DNA of 64,000 nt from Geosiphon pyriformis uo1 (Eukaryota > Fungi > Glomeromycota): NCBI GenBank assembly GCA_016748015.1, contig JAAOMT010000675.1, positions 744,001 through 808,000 of the forward strand, given 5' to 3'. Numbering within the stretch: position 1 is the first letter of the stretch; each line of letters opens with the position of its first letter. The position numbers were made by a program, and so were the translations under genes. This document shows, piece by piece, positions 62,001-64,000 of the stretch. The notes below the pieces were generated by a model that saw only the letters and a program-made list of their open reading frames with translations, did no database searches and was not told where the DNA came from.

Positions 62001-64000
62001 GTTGAAAGATATTACTGTGAATAATTCCAATTTCTAAGTTATTTAATAAAACTATGGAGAAATTGTTGGGATTGTAAAAAGTAACTCGAATTTTCTTTGT
62101 TTCTTCTGGAATATAAATGTTTGGGATTGAGATATTATGTTCCAAGCAGATTTGTTCATTGGACTCAAAAATTTGTTGTGTGGTTGTTGGCTTTTCACAA
62201 GTGTAAATTTCAGGGTGTTCTCCAAAGGGTAAAATGGTAATTGGTTGTGGAAATCATAAAATCTGATAAGATTCTTTCTGTTTATTGAGGGCTATGTTTA
62301 CTGGAACTGTGAATTGTCCAGTTGAACCAAAACCTTGGGTTCCTCTTTCACTTTTTCCCAATAGTTCTCTTTGATTGACTAATTGTAAATCCAAAATGTT
62401 GATTAAGGGTAAATAAATGGCTTGGGCAATTTTCTCGGCATGTTCAATCTTAAATGGCTTGTCAGTTTCGTTTTGGAGTATTACTGTTATGTTACCAGTA
62501 TATCCAGCATCAATTATTCCTCTTCTGACATTGATTCCTTTGCTTGTCAGAGAGAACTAGGAGGCGATTTGAACCATTGCTCTTGGCGAGATTTCGAGAG
62601 CAATTTTGAGGTTGATTTTTGTGAAAGATTTGGGTTTGAGAATGAGAGTATCCTTGTCTGGATATCTTAGGTCATATCCAGCATCAATTTCATGTGCTTT
62701 TTCAGATTTTATTCCTTGTCTGTGGTTGTTGAAGTATTTGAGTTGTAAGACAGACTGATTTTTGATAAGATAAATGAGTGTTGTTTTAATTTCTTCTGTT
62801 GCTTCAGGTTCTCCAAATTCAATTTTATATTCATCACTTTTGCTGGACAAGGGAATGCTAAGAGCATAGCATTCAAAACACCATTGTTTATTACAAGACA
62901 TTATGCATTCCTTACATAATTTAATGTTCATTTGTTCTAGCCGTTGAGCTTGAGCTTCTTTAGTTAGGTAAGTGTAACTTGCAATTTGATGGTACACTTC
63001 TACTTCATCTTCATAATTGAATCCAGCTAATTCTATGGTGTATTCAATGTATTCTGCTTCTTTCATTTAATGAACATCTTCTTTGGTAGCTCTATTAACT
63101 AATGCCATTGCTAAGTTGAAAATCATCTCAGCATTATAGGAGTAGTGATAAAGTTTGTTGAGAGTATTGTTGTATGTTGTATCAAAAAGTGTTCCTCTTT
63201 TGACTTTTTCTGAAATTGATAAAGCATATTGGCAGGTTTGATTGCAGACTCCTTCTCTCATTGCTACATTAATTCAATTGTATTCTTCTGGTAACATATC
63301 TCCACAAGTCAAACAAAGGGTGTTGTCCTATTTTCTACTTCTTTTTATTAGATAGCTCTATCATTTTCTGTGGCAAGCTTTGCAGTAATAACAAGTATGA
63401 TTTTCATATTCTTCTTCAGGTGAAATGCAGGCTCCCATTGAAGAAAGTTTCTTGTGGCAGTCTTTGCATTTGAGTGAAATGTAAGAGTGTCATTTCTTTG
63501 GTTCTGGTTTAGAATATGAAATGTTCTATTCAGGGGTTTTTGATTCCTCTGGATATGATTTTGTTGCAAAATATGTTTGCTCAGTTTCTTCAGCCCAGTT
63601 AAATGTTGATTCAAAGGCCATAAATGTTTCGACTACAGGCTTTTCTTCCTCCTTTTCAAATTTGAAAACAGGGGCTTTCTCCAATCGTTTGTTGAATGTA
63701 CCACAAGTAGTGAGTACTCGGGCATGTTGTCCTTGATATGAGAGTTGTAATTCTTGAGTTTTCCAGTCTAATTTTGCATTGGCTTTTTGAAGCCAATCAT
63801 TTCCGACAAGGGCTTGATACTGGGGCACATCCATTATAAGAACTTTGACTGGAATGGTGATTCCATCAAGAGTAAACAGAAAATTGTCAATTTCTTCTAT
63901 GAGAGTCTTTTTCATGCTATTAGCAGTGACGATTACTGTCTGAGCTGGTCGGTCAACATTTTTCTTTAACTGTTGTATCAACTGGTAGGTAATAATGCTT
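59039..64000 (-). pseudogene. pol: pol of F
   Basis: Fragments 59933-63981: IN, RT (FSTLDLESGY), dUTPase (DAGYDL), PR. Confidence 0.95.

Larger units (their letters stand above)
57250..64000 (-). mobile_element. Ty3/Gypsy element F (family 2), nested in E; 5' part beyond the window
   Basis: 3' LTR 57250-58230, PPT, ORF3, IN, RH, RT, dUTPase (~62315-62750), Cys-rich (~62865-63480) and PR, collinear with B. Confidence 0.96.

Noticed and set aside
1106-63969. Numerous short antisense or alternate-frame ORFs overlapping gag, pol and LINE ORFs
   Set aside because: Shadows of the coding strand; not conserved in extent between homologous copies.

Overview
The whole window is nested, pseudogenised transposon DNA from a very AT-rich eukaryote; I found no intact host gene. 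A fungus, probably Glomeromycotina/Mucoromycota, is inferred from the protein motifs only. It holds six Ty3/Gypsy LTR retrotransposons of two related families. Family 1: A 1-7000 (+), D 43310-53555 (-), E 55342-57249 (+). Family 2: B 9062-18981 (+), C 32892-42733 (-), F 57250-64000 (-). It also holds a LINE with both ends, RNase H and a 14-bp TSD (23271-29410), an older LINE relic (7001-8110), a FAR1/MULE-SWIM transposase relic split in three by C and D, and a probable BED/hAT relic. The most interesting signal is that both Gypsy families share a complex-retrovirus-like layout: (i) a 235-330 aa Gag N-terminal extension that seems to start at a conserved GUG and is AUG-poor; (ii) an unrecognised ~200 aa Cys-rich domain after the protease; (iii) a five-motif dUTPase followed by a degenerate dUTPase-like domain before RT; (iv) a non-chromodomain integrase leaving 4-bp TSDs; (v) a soluble ~210-240 aa accessory ORF in the env position, next to lineage-specific palindrome arrays in U3. 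All copies are eroded by pervasive C->T/G->A transitions.
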